A stretch of 63,955 nucleotides of DNA, the filler included, from Octopus bimaculoides (taxonomy: Eukaryota), in assembly GCF_001194135.2 (NCBI RefSeq). It is 5 parts of 5 records of this genome, joined end to end, with 100 filler letters (N's around TTAATTAATTAA, not from the genome) between each part and the next. Parts side by side here need not be neighbours in the genome. Positions count along the whole stretch, not along the records: positions 1 to 23,660 come from NC_068995.1; positions 23,761 to 48,787 come from NC_069004.1; 3 more parts are not named here. One strand, 5' to 3'. Positions within the stretch are counted from its first letter, which is position 1; each line of letters begins with the position of its first letter. Below the pieces are notes generated by a model. It saw only the letters and a list, made by a program, of their open reading frames with translations, had not been told where the DNA came from and ran no database searches. A program made the translations under genes and the position numbers. Below, piece by piece: positions 12,221-24,533 of this stretch.

Positions 12221-12419
12221 AAACAATGTCACATTTTAAACTTGAGAAAAGTTTTGCATAGTTTTACTGTTCCTCTTACAGATTGTAGTTGCAATGTGCG
12301 AGTTGAGTGATTTCTTTTTCTGAAAACCCTAGCTTATCCAGATTGTCATTTAGGTATTTATTCACAAAAACAAGTGCGCCAATGACTATTTGTGTAACTG
12401 TTTAGTTTATAATCTGAAT

Positions 12420-13515
12420 CTGAATAAGGAAGCTAGAAGTTTCGAAGTAATTCTCCATAATTATCCTATTTCTCTTTGATTTTCAAAGAGATATTCACAT
12501 CGGCAGGACAGCTGATCTCTATGACGGTGCATATATTTTCTTGTCTGTCCCAAACAAAAATATCCAGCCTGTTATGTTTACACTTGGCAGATGTTTTGAT
12601 GAGAATGTTCCACCAGTATTCCTTGTTTAGATATTTGTGTTTATATTCAATAACAGAGGGATTCTCTATATTTATTCCAGGACAGCCTCTTTTTCTGAAT
12701 GCCATTATATATTGATTTTTGATACTGTCGTATCGCATAAAGAGATAATATCTTGATAACAATTTGGGGTAACTGTAGGCTATTTTTCATAGAGATATGA
12801 CATAATATACATTTTCAGTTGCATCTTGGAGCTCCAAGTGCTTCACTGTCTCTTTCATTTATTAGGTATTTAGTAATAATCGCCTGTTCTTAAATTACAA
12901 ATGCACAATTTTCGAGGCGACGCGATGTAGCGGTCATGAATCCTAGAGAGGCTTCGTTTCATGTCGATATTACTGTCTTCTTCAAGTCTTCGGGAAACAT
13001 ACCTATGCATAGTCTTTTTTAGATATACTGAATATTTCACATCCAGTCTTCTCTGAGGTATGTTACTCCATCTATTTTGGGTTTGTATGGAAGGTCATGA
13101 AGAAGTGATAGCTTTCTGGGGATCTCGCTGCTAACGCGTAGAATATTCTTCTTCTTCACTTTTCAGCACCAAGTTAATGTATTTATTTTTGCGGTGTTGT
13201 TTAGCAAGTACTGTCTGAGAGAGACTATACGAATTCAAAGACTGTCTGCACTAATCTCTAATCTCTACTTTCTTAATTTCTTCTTAGGTAAAACCTAAGA
13301 ACAGGTAGAACACTATTTCAGTGGAGGTTTCTAGTTGATGTCAGTATTGTGCGTGTTTTAACGTCTATGGAGTAAATTTCCTCTACAGACCAGCCAAATA
13401 TCCTAAATATTGGAATCAGCACTATAACTGCAAACGCATTGTGGGATATTGTCTTGTAAAAGGAGAGTTTCGGCTGCCATATTTTTCTAAGTCTGGCATA
13501 ATATTCTCGGGTCAC
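12420..13515 (-). mobile_element. Old R4/R2-superfamily RLE retrotransposon fragment (lineage W)
   Basis: REYYARLRKIW...NAFAV...GWSVEEIYSIDVKTRTILT and KHNRLDIFVWDRQENICTVIEISCPADVNISLK. Confidence 0.75.
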
Positions 13516-13697
13516 ATGTATGTATGTATGTATGTATGTATGTATGTATGTATGTATGTATGTATGTATGTATGCCACTATTCAGTTTATTTCAAAATTT
13601 CTTGCCAATAGAGAAAGAACCAGTTTCTAACCTAGATCATTGGAATTTCAGCATCAACAGCAAGGTATTTTTGTTTGTTTGTTTGTATGTATGTATG

Positions 13698-13731
<34 letters not shown>

Positions 13732-14578
13732 TGTATGTATGTATGTATGTATGTATGTGCAGATTTGTATGTTTTATGTATGTATTCTCATGCATATAGT
13801 TGCATATGTAGACATGCTCATATATATTTAAATGAAAAACTTCTCGAAAGTTTTAATGTATGTATGTATTTATGTATGTAAGTATGTATTTATGTATGTA
13901 TGTATGCATATATGCATGCATGCATATTAAAAGGGTGGTAGCATGTCTGATAAGCTATAGAAATCATAGATTTTGAGTTAGTGTCTCTTACATGTATTTG
14001 TCATTGAATATGGTTCTTCACTTTCTATACTAGTTAAGATCATTTATATATCCATTAAATATTGATGTTCTTAAGAAGTATTTTGTGTTTTTATTTAAAA
14101 AATGTAGTTACAGCTAGTATTCTTTTATAAACTTCATTACTAAATGTTGTTATTTAAGTCAGACTTGATCAAATACAGTGTTCAAAGGCGTCTCAGCTAT
14201 AAGCAAAGTGGTTTTCTTTTAATGTATAGTGAGTTTATGACTACCTCATCTACCTTATCATTTGAGAAGGATGGGTTCTACTGAAGATGTTGTTATAACT
14301 CTAAATATTGGTGTGTGTATTAATTCACTCTACCTCAGCCATCATTTTATACAAGATAAACCCTCCCTATATCAAATTTACTAAACTGATAGTGTCCAGT
14401 AGAAGAATATTGATCACAACAAGTAAAGTTCATCTGGTGATACTACAGAATGTGAGAATGTAACTTTAAATCTTTAATGAATGTTTAACCTTATAACAAT
14501 CTCTATCACGTTTAAGCCATTAATCTAATACTGAACTTTTCGTTTCTCTCTTCTTTTTTTTTTTCTTTTTTTTGAAAG

Positions 14579-15043
14579 GTTGTTGAAAAGGAAATGAAAA
14601 TGCAATGCCGCTGTCATGGAGTGTCAGGATCATGTGCGGTGAAGACTTGTTGGCGAAGTCTTCCAATGTTCCACAAAATCGGAGCACATCTCAAGAAATT
14701 ATATGAAACTGCCGTGATCGTTGTGTCCCGTTCACGGAAAAAATTACGACGACGTGACAAAACTAAGCGTCACTTGCCTATTCCCAAAGACAAACTTGTG
14801 CATATGCACCGTTCTAGAAATTACTGTCGAACCGATCCGAGCCGTGGTATAACAGGCACAAGAGGACGCCTATGCAACAAGACACTCGACGGTCCCGGAA
14901 GTTGTAGTCTTCTTTGTTGTGGTCGTGGTTACAATACGCAAGTAGTACGATACGTAAATCGATGTCACTGTAAATTCCATTGGTGTTGCTTTGTCACGTG
15001 CAAATCATGTGAAAGTATGGTAGATGTGCATACGTGCAAGTAA
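14579..15043 (+). CDS. Wnt16: Terminal coding exon of a Wnt16 orthologue (C-terminal ~154 aa)
   Basis: Polypyrimidine tract and AG acceptor end at 14578; the exon opens in phase 0 as VVEKEMKMQCRCHGVSGSCAVKTCW...GRGYN...CHCKFHWCC...CESMVDVHTCK-stop with 16 cysteines in Wnt spacing. CHGVSGSCAVKTCW, the basic linker RSRKKLRRRDK and the CESMxDVHTCK end match the Wnt16 subfamily as I recall it. Subfamily call not tree-tested. Confidence 0.9.
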   Translation, partial: VVEKEMKMQCRCHGVSGSCAVKTCWRSLPMFHKIGAHLKKLYETAVIVVSRSRKKLRRRDKTKRHLPIPKDKLVHMHRSRNYCRTDPSRGITGTRGRLCNKTLDGPGSCSLLCCGRGYNTQVVRYVNRCHCKFHWCCFVTCKSCESMVDVHTCK

Positions 15044-15279
15044 TGAGGCATAATATATTGAAGACAACAACAGATTGAGAAATTATAATGACAATTGTTA
15101 TCATAATTGTAACGCTTTTGTTTACATCCACAAAAGCTCAGACATTTCTTGGAGAGAGGTATTATAGATACAGTCAATTCTAGTATGTAATTGTTACATA
15201 TTTTAATTTAAAAACATTTCTTAGATAAAAGCACGCACACATACACACAGATGGATGCATACATACTTATAGATATGTA

Positions 15280-15353
<74 letters not shown>

Positions 15354-15508
15354 TATATGTATATGTCGTCAGTGTATCATATATCTGAAAAAGAAGCACA
15401 CTCTAAAAGTTAGTGCAGTAATGTAATTAGTTAAATATATGTCTGGTCATATATCTCTAGATAGTATACATACAAATACATACAGTTATATACAGATACA
15501 TATATATA

Positions 15509-15573
<65 letters not shown>

Positions 15574-16145
15574 GTATATATATATATATTCGCTTATAAG
15601 TACATACAAGCACTCGCATGCACGCACACATTCACATACACACATATATGTTATTACACCGGCTGAAGTATAAGAAACTATGGTCAAGACAGTCTGTAGG
15701 CGCATGTATCTAGCTGGCATAGAATGACGTTCTTGTATGCAGGATGGATCATGATTCAGAAGGAAAATTTCAACCCTTTTGTAAATTGTAAGAGGTGACA
15801 TCACTCTGAAATAATTGGAATTAATTTGAAATAACTGGATGAAAAAGTTGATACTAACGACTGAGTTGAATAAGATATTAGAGAAGCAGGCATACGCTCT
15901 TGGTGAATAGAGGCAAGAGTGGGAGGAGGTGGGTGAAAGGAAAGGTGCGGAGCCCGTAGGTTAAAAAGTGGTGAACGATATTAGAATACATGGTGCTACA
16001 CAATGGGTAAAGTATAAAAATGTAAACTTATTAAATAAATTATAAAATACATAAAACCAACAAATCGGACCAAGGCTCGAATGTTCTGGATGATTATTCG
16101 CTGAGAATGCTTAGATAGTAAAGTTTTGGGTATTAGCTGCATGTA

Positions 16146-16715
16146 CAGGATGTCCAAAAATTAACAATCTATTTCAATGAAATCGGGCAAATGAAAATAA
16201 AATTGACAGAATTTATTGTTTATTACTTATTATGATACCAAAACAAATAGATTTATAAATCTTACCTCAAAACTTTATTGAAAATTTTTAATACGTACTC
16301 CGTCTGTATCTCTGTGAATTTCCAATCTATCCTTAGCGTTGCGAAACACATTTTGAAGCAGTTCAGGAGTTATCTCCTGCGCTGCTAACTGAATGCGTTC
16401 TTTAAGTTCAGCTAAACTATTGCTCCATCTTGGAGATGGAGGTAGAAGAAATGATTGCTACCAAATTGAAAAAAGCTGTCGTGGACAGATAAGCCGGGAT
16501 CCAACAGCAATGAAAATAAAATTATAAAAAATTATAAAAATTATAAAATTATAAGCAAAATTTAAAATTATAAGTAAAATTTAAAATTTATACACTTTTA
16601 ATACGTATTAAACATATATAAAAGTATTTAACACATATTAAACATAAATAAAAGTGATTTTTTTAATAGATTGTCCGATTTCACTGAAATAGATAGTTAA
16701 CTCTGAGACACCCTG
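16146..16715 (-). mobile_element. Tc1/mariner internal-deletion derivative
   Basis: Imperfect ~45-bp TIRs beginning CAGG(A/G)TGTC with TA on both flanks; internal minus-strand SLAELKERIQLAAQEITPELLQNVFRNAKDRLE...stop resembles a Tc1/mariner transposase C-terminus. Confidence 0.85.
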
Positions 16716-18101
16716 TACAATGGGTTACGTGGGTATCTGTACCTAACCTAGTTTTTTAAATATATGTTTAAGCTTTAGAAACCTACATGTAAGCAAAAAG
16801 TGTCATTTTGAAGTGTGTATCATGCCCCGAAAAAGTCATGTTAGCTTTGAGTGCGACAAGCAACTGACGAGGATAAGGATTAGAAACAGAGCCTGATATC
16901 CTTACTAGAGCAATCTCAAGTATTTGTTTGGAATATCGAAGTTGAGATCATTGGAAGGGTATAGTATTCATGTATATCTGGAAGCCTTACTAGTTGCTAC
17001 TCTGCCACTGGAGGGCGTGAGAAAGAAACACCTCTGTGTTGTAGATCTCAGCATTAGATACTTCAAAAATTCTTCCAAGATATGAGAAGGCAAGCTTCTT
17101 ATATCTTTCCAATACATTTCAAAATCATTTCAATACATTTTGAAAGGTGTAATATTGCGACATCATAGAAAATTATGTGAAAATGCTGAGAAAATTGTGG
17201 ACGTGGTGAAAGGGATAAGTGGGTATGGAAATATTTAAGTAAATACTAGATCTGATATACTGTAGGCTAGCGCTTGTCTCCTGTTATTCAAACGGCAGAA
17301 CAGATCCGTGTGAGTATCCCAGACATAGGATCGAAAATCAACCCTTCCAGTGAATTCATCTTCCATATCCAGGCAAACACCCTGGTGGATCTAGTGAAAA
17401 TGTCAGATTCGCTGCACTTGAGCCTATTTTGTGGCATAACATAATTTACACATTTGGTAACACTTTATGCTCACATTTAGATTTCTGAAACTTATTCGAT
17501 CAACAATCAGACTGAAGCCTAATAGACTTGTGATCGGTTGTACATACATGTAACACTTGCCTGGGTTTTCAAACCCGCTCTGAAGACTGATTAACGTACT
17601 GTATACTTATGCGGTTGTTGCCATTTAAACGAACAATCATCTCAAATATTCTAGCCTTGGTGAAATAATTTGATGTTATAATATTTTACGGATTCTTTGA
17701 TATACTTAGTATTTTTATGTTTAGCATATTGTATTTATCATGCTGTGTTATAAATTGAAATATCATATCCCGATGCATTCTCTGATATTCCCTAGCCGCT
17801 TTCTCTTCAATCTCATTCCCTACCTCACTCAACTGAGTATATCTACTCCCAAAAGTTCATGTTTCAGATGAAAACAAAAGCTGGTCAATTTTTTCATGTG
17901 AGTCATGATCCACTCTTCTGTGGATCATGACTCACATTTGAGTCTGTGCCCAGCCATCATGATACTTGTGTTTATTTGCTATCTTGGACATTGTTATTTA
18001 TTCTTCACTCAGTCTCTGGTCTGATTTATATGCTGGAAATTTGGGGAAACTCCAAAGTAACAGTCAATTGTACTAATATGGGATAATAAGTTATTCTACA
18101 C

Positions 18102-19233
18102 GAATGTAGGTAATTTTGCCACCGGTAAATTCGCTACTGAAACTGACCTCACATCGGAATCACTGGACGCAGGTCCATACGGTTGAGTGGTAACGCCCAA
18201 CCAGGTTACGAAATTTATTGTTGCATCCCTCACAAATGTTATTCGTGTGCAGATTTCCATTTACTGTGGCGTCGTGTTGATTCCACAACTCCGGCGGAAA
18301 CATGGTTGGGGCGTGGCGAAGATTCATAACTAATCCGCCTGCATCGCGTTGACGATATAAGCCAAAGACATAAGTTGAATCAAAATAGTCCAAAAGGTCC
18401 TGCGCTTCGTTAGGTGCAATGTTCCTCAGAACTTGCATCCCCGCTTGAACTTGTGGCAGTGGTAAGAAAGCCAGGCCATCGAGCATTCCAACAAAATTTT
18501 GGAATTCTTCGTCGGTGTTATACGGATTTGTTAAGTCGAGGTCCTGGATTTTCTGACACGTGCTTTGAATCAACTGGTAAAAACAACCCTGCCTACTGGC
18601 GTTCTGCTCCCAAACGGTTTGCACGGAGCGAAGAACGGCATCCTCGAAATCCGTCATGATGGTGTCAAGTTGTACCGGTAGAGAAGGTTGTTGACGTTTA
18701 TTGACAAGAGCTTGGAGGAGTTCTTGGTACGTTTCGCGATATTTATTTGGCAGCAGAACGGAAACCAAAGTTACGTAATTGTTTCCGAGTGGGACACATA
18801 TTATATTGAGTTGGGAGAAAACACCAGGCGCCATCGCGAAATTCCCGTCCATGAACCAATGATAGGCTCTTATCAGTTCCTTAATTTCCTGTTCAGTTGC
18901 AAAAGCAAGAATTCTGTCATCGCGGTTTGGGCGTATAATACGAAATGTTCTCCGCGTGTTGTTTTATATTCCGTTTCATGACATCTCGTACCTTGGCCAT
19001 TTTCATCTGGTCGTCGTCAATCGGATGATCACGTATTTGTCCGAGTTTTGGTTCATCTCGCTGAAGGTCGGTGGACAACTTTTCGCGACATCATAATCCC
19101 GTCGGACACAAACCCAATACATCTGGGTCTGTCCTCTCTTTTTCTTCGTATGAATATGCCCGAGTGGTAAAAAAAAAAACCGGGATCGAAATTTCTGGGG
19201 ACGAATTTTCCTGTGGCGAAATTACCGAGCACC
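18102..19233 (-). mobile_element. MULE (Mutator-like) deletion derivative
   Basis: 9-bp TSD ATTCTACAC at 18093-18101 and 19234-19242; subterminal inverted match GGTAATTTyGCCACmGGwAAATTCG; encloses a MULE transposase ORF. Confidence 0.88.
18160..18852 (-). pseudogene. MULE transposase catalytic domain, N-terminally truncated
   Basis: DGNF (DGTF motif), TDFE, GCFYQ (the CxxH His is replaced), YFDSTY, TNNICEG; upstream DNA-binding region missing. Confidence 0.85.
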
Positions 19234-19296
19234 ATTCTACACTACCATGGTATTGAGTACTCTTTCGCGCATTCTTTACAACTTATATATATATAT

Positions 19297-19396
<100 letters not shown>

Positions 19397-20641
19397 GTAG
19401 GCACGCACACATTTTTAAATAATTACTCTTACAAGACAAGTTCACTTTCCTTTTCCTTTCTTTTTCATCAGAATGACACTGGGAACATTGGGGAGCATGA
19501 GGGAAAGTATCGTTATACATATGTGTGAAAAGATAAGGTTTGGATAGTATAGGGTGGTAGTCAGTTGCAGTCAGTTTGCTGGTCACCTGATTTTGAATTA
19601 CTTGCGTGTGTAAAGAATGTGAGGACGAGTAAAGCGAATTGTAGTATTAAGGACGGATTGAGAGTGTTTGTTATCAAAGAACAGAGACAAAGGGTAGTAT
19701 TGTTTGGGATGAAACAGGGGTGAAGGAGATGTATGAAGAGGAATTGCATGTTCATGTAATAAATAAATGAAATAAATTAATAAGTATATCAATCAATGAG
19801 TAAAAGGGTAAAATAACGAGCAGATCTTGGTAGTTATAGTTGCCAGTATAATCGTCAAAACACCAAGTACTCTTTTCTCATGAACCCGTTTGTCATTAAA
19901 TTCGTCATCCTTATTAAAATATTAGAGAATATTAAAATATGAGTAAAAATATTGAATTGAATTTAATGACAAACGGGTTTATGAGAAAATTATTTAAAGT
20001 ATAAAAGGAATAAACTTCAAAGATATTAAACTTTAGAAGGTTGGATTAAAGATCGTCTTATACAAATTAAATCAGGGATGATTATTATTACTTAATAATA
20101 TTAAACCATAAAAGTTTTTGAAGATTAATAGATTAAAACAATTAAACAGAGTAACAAACTACAACAGTGTCTAATTGTTTTAATCTCGTAATATTGGTTA
20201 ACTAGAGATAATACTTTGTATGATATTAGCTTAAAAGCATTTTTTCTTAGCTCTAAGATCACTGGAAATTCTCTCGACTTAAGTATTTATTCTCGATATT
20301 CTATATTCTAAACCTAATTCTCAAAAGCCTATTTATCAGTAAATAAAACTATGTCACTGTCTCATTCTAACGATTCAATATACTCCACCGGATGATGGTG
20401 ATGATTACGATTGATCTAGTTATTCTTTCACATATTTATTTTATTTAATTAATCTGCAATCCATTCCTCATCTCTTTTCTTTCAATATTTTTAAAAGGCT
20501 CGCCGAGGTTGAATTTCCTTTCATCCTTTCGGGGTCGATAAATTAAGTGACAGTTGCGTACTGGGGTCGATCTAATCGACTTCCCCCTCACATTCAGTTA
20601 CCTTTACAGGGCTACATGTTTTATTACAAGTAATATTGTCC

Positions 20642-20731
<90 letters not shown>

Positions 20732-22991
20732 GAAGATACATATGTGTGCGTGTGTGTTTGTGTTATTGTATGTGTGTCTGTGTATATGTGTACGTGCGTG
20801 CGCACACCATTTTATTGAAGCCAAAACAATTTCACAAACTGTAACTCAAAGTTTCACGCAACTGTTCAATACAAATAAAATAATTTATAAAATTGTAAGT
20901 ATATATAGATATTCTTGGACACAAATGCAATGAATAAGCATTTAAAGTCTACTGGGAAACTTCTTTTTAAAATAGCAGTGTACAGTTGGATGAAAAATGA
21001 ACTGACCGTAACGGAAAAGAATATAAACAATAGCTGAATCAAAAACAAAAAATTATTTCATCTTCCAATATAATAAATTGCAAAGTGTGTCCCTATCGGT
21101 CACGTTGTAGGCAAAGACGAGTAAAACACCAGGCGAAGTAGCAGTACGTGCCGGTGAGAGATGCTAAGGCAGGCGAACAATATTTAAAGGTTTTGCTCCG
21201 GAGACGCTAGGGAAAGAAGAGTAAAACAAGAAACGGAAAGGTAGTCAGCTGACAGTCAGAGGCGGCTAACTGCAGGCGAACTGTAGTGAGCTCTGAATCC
21301 ACCAGTATTTTAANNNNNNNNNNNNNNNNNNNNNNNNNNNNNNNNNNNNNNNNNNNNNNNNNNNNNNNNNNNNNNNNNNNNNNNNNNNNNNNNNNNNNNN
21401 NNNNNNNNNNNNNCGCATAGCTTGCATGTCTGAGACTGCACGCCACTGATATATATATATACATACATACATACATAAATTCATACATACATACATACAT
21501 GCATGCATGCATACATACATACATACATACATATTGTGGCACTCCGTCGGTTACGATGACGAGGGTTCCAGTTCATCCGATCAACGGAACAGCCTGCTCG
21601 TGAAATTAACGTGTAAGTGGCTGTACACTGACACGTGTACCCTTAACGTAGTTCTCGGGGAGATTCAGTGTGCCACAGTATATCATAAGGCTGGCCTTTT
21701 GAACTTCAGGTATAACAGAAACAGGAAGAAAGAGTGATGGAAAGTTGTGGTGAAAGAGTACAGCAGGGTTTGCCACCACTCTCTCCTGGACCCTCGTGGA
21801 GCTTTAGGTGTTTTCGCTCAATACATGCCTGAAGATAGTGTTGGTAGAAATTAAATCAGCTTACATTTACTAAATTCATACTCGGGCTAAGCCCGAACGG
21901 CCCGAGTGCCGGAGTTGCCACTGATATATATATATTTATAAGTGTGTGTGTGTGTGTGTGTGTGTGCGTGTGTGCGCGCGTGTGTGTATGTGTGTGTAGA
22001 TAGTTAGATAGATAGATAGATAGATAGATCACGACGATTCCTTCAGGGTGAGAAAGATGACGATCAACTGTTCGACAGCAGATGTATATATTCGCATATC
22101 TAAGACCACATTTGATTTCTTACTGTTTTCTTACAGTTTAACGTTTCTGAGGGGAGCTACGACGGGGCTGAGATCGCCGACCTCGACGGGTTATTCATTT
22201 TGGATAACCTCAAGAAACGTACACATTCATTCAGGTCGGCTAGCATACACACATGTCCTCACAAATATACCCATACATACACACACGCACATCCATGCAA
22301 CCGATAGCATACCAATAACATACCTACGTCCACGTGATCATACATATCGTGTATATATATATATATATATATATATATNNNNNNNNNNNNNNNNNNNNNN
22401 NNNNNNNNNNNNNNNNNNNNNNNNNNNNNNNNNNNNNNNNNNNNNNNNNNNNNNNNNNNNNNNNNNNNNNNNNNNNNNNNNNNNNNNNNNNNNNNNNNNN
22501 NNNNNNNNNNNNNNNNNNNNNNNNNNNNNNNNNNNNNNNNNNNNNNNNNNNNNNNNNNNNNNNNNNNNNNNNNNNNNNNNNNNNNNNNNNNNNNNNNNNN
22601 NNNNNNNNNNNNNNNNNNNNNNNNNNNNNNNNNNNNNNNNNNNNNNNNNNNNNNNNNNNNNNNNNNNNNNNNNNNNNNNNNNNNNNNNNNNNNNNNNNNN
22701 NNNNNNNNNNNNNNNNNNNNNNNNNNNNNNNNNNNNNNNNNNNNNNNNNNNNNNNNNNNNNNNNNNNNNNNNNNNNNNNNNNNNNNNNNNNNNNNNNNNN
22801 NNNNNNNNNNNNNNNNNNNNNNNNNNNNNNNNNNNNNNNNNNNNNNNNNNNNNNNNNNNNNNNNNNNNNNNNNNNNNNNNNNNNNNNNNNNNNNNNNNNN
22901 NNNNNNNNNNNNNNNNNNNNNNNNNNNNNNNNNNNNNNNNNNNNNNNNNNNNNNNNNNNNNNNNNNNAGATACAAAGCATAGAAAAGAGTC

Positions 22992-23646
22992 TGTAATAAG
23001 TACGTTAGAAGTCCAGCCACCAGGATAAGAAATATCAGTTCTCAGTTAAAGTACACAGTAGATTGAAGGTCTGTATATAAGAGGTTAAGGCGTTGAGGCA
23101 GAGCTAAGTCACTTGTCGTGCAGTTGAGGCTTCTATGCCGGGCTGGGCTACTTGATACAGATGGTTTCTCGCAGGTGTCGAATTCTGGCTGTTATTTCGT
23201 GGTGAGGCGATTCACACAAACAGGGTTGAGAAGCTGCGGTTGCTTGTGTACGTGGAGAAGTCATGTTGACGTTGGGGACGAAGGTTGTAGTAAGCAGTTG
23301 AACGATGGTGTTGATGTCGTCGCTAGAAACTGGCTGGCTGTGTTACGTGTGGTCAACGACCAGATCTTAGAAGATCTGAAGCCGCGACCAAGTGGCGCGT
23401 ATAAAACAGGCTATTTATAGGAAAATAGAGGCTCCAGAAAGATCAGAAAAACACTCTCTCACATGACCTTATTAGATGGCCGTGATTGGTCGGTTTGCAC
23501 CCTGGCGCGAAAGGACTGGAGACAAATGCCGCGCAAATAAGAGTCAGTCAGGTGATGGACACAGCGGGGGTCCAAGGCGGGAAAGAGTTGTTACCTGCTA
23601 CGTTCGCATTTGTAAATAAATAACGGAGAGAGGTGGTTTCACTACA
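22992..23646 (-). mobile_element. LTR-like segment (possible solo LTR)
   Basis: Minus strand begins TGTAGT and ends TTACA; CCAAT (~23485) lies ~70 nt upstream of TATAAATA (~23413-23420); GC-richer than flanks; no TSD found. Confidence 0.45.
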
Positions 23647-24108
23647 TATATATATATATANNNNNNNNNNNNNNNNNNNNNNNNNNNNNNNNNNNNNNNN
23701 NNNNTTAATTAATTAANNNNNNNNNNNNNNNNNNNNNNNNNNNNNNNNNNNNNNNNNNNNTATATATATATGTATGTATGTATGTATGTATACATATTCT
23801 TGCGTACATATCGTTCAGTATCTCTGCGCACATTTGTTGGCATGTCACTTTTGACACGTATATTGAAAGTTGCAAACTCTTGCCCAGCATAACCCATTAG
23901 TAAGCCACAAGTTGCTGATTATATTCAATAAATCTTCATTGTACTTCTTCTAAAACCGGATTATTGTTCCATTAATCCTGGACATATTTCCGATTCTGAA
24001 AATAGGTTATATAACTTCTCTCAAATTTTCTATAATTATATTATTATAGCACGTTAATATTATTGTTGTTATTATTATTATGATTATTATTATTATTATT
24101 ATTATTAA

Positions 24109-24142
<34 letters not shown>

Positions 24143-24319
24143 GAGTCCGCAAAATGGCAGAATCGTGAACACGATTGACAAACTGGTCAGAAGCAGATCT
24201 AGCTTGCATTCTGAATTCAAATGTCGCCGCGGTCGACTTTGCGTTTCATCTTTTCATCCTCCATCAATACTAGCTTTGTGCGAAAATTTGAACCGATTAC
24301 TATTATTATTATTATTATT

Positions 24320-24533
24320 TTATGTTTGACTTTTGTTTTGCATTTGTACAAGTTGGATCCAAGTCTCACCCAGAGACCTCAAGAGACAACAAGTTAGAAG
24401 TTCATGTAGGTGTTATGCCTAGGGTACCATATATTTGGATTTGTACAGTTTTGTTCAAGTGAATGTTTAAGAAACCATAAGAAAATTATGTTTGCTTTAA
24501 AATTTGAGATCACATAGACAGTATTTTACGTAG
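24320..24533 (-). mobile_element. R4/Dong-like 3' end (further lineage), runs into a gap
   Basis: Minus strand LRKILSM-stop (stop at 24510-24512), then a ~190-nt 3' UTR ending in the (TAA)n tract that is the tail of the adjacent SINE. Confidence 0.6.

Noticed and set aside
21100-21312. Second LTR-like GC-rich segment, and hAT-like GCCACTG ends at ~21448 and ~21924
   Set aside because: Truncated by gaps; partner termini and TSDs cannot be seen.
23705-23716. TTAATTAATTAA islands between N runs (also 48832-48843, 53201-53212, 61783-61794)
   Set aside because: Identical 12-mer with stops in all six frames, always inside gaps: an assembly linker, not biology. Contig order across these gaps is uncertain.
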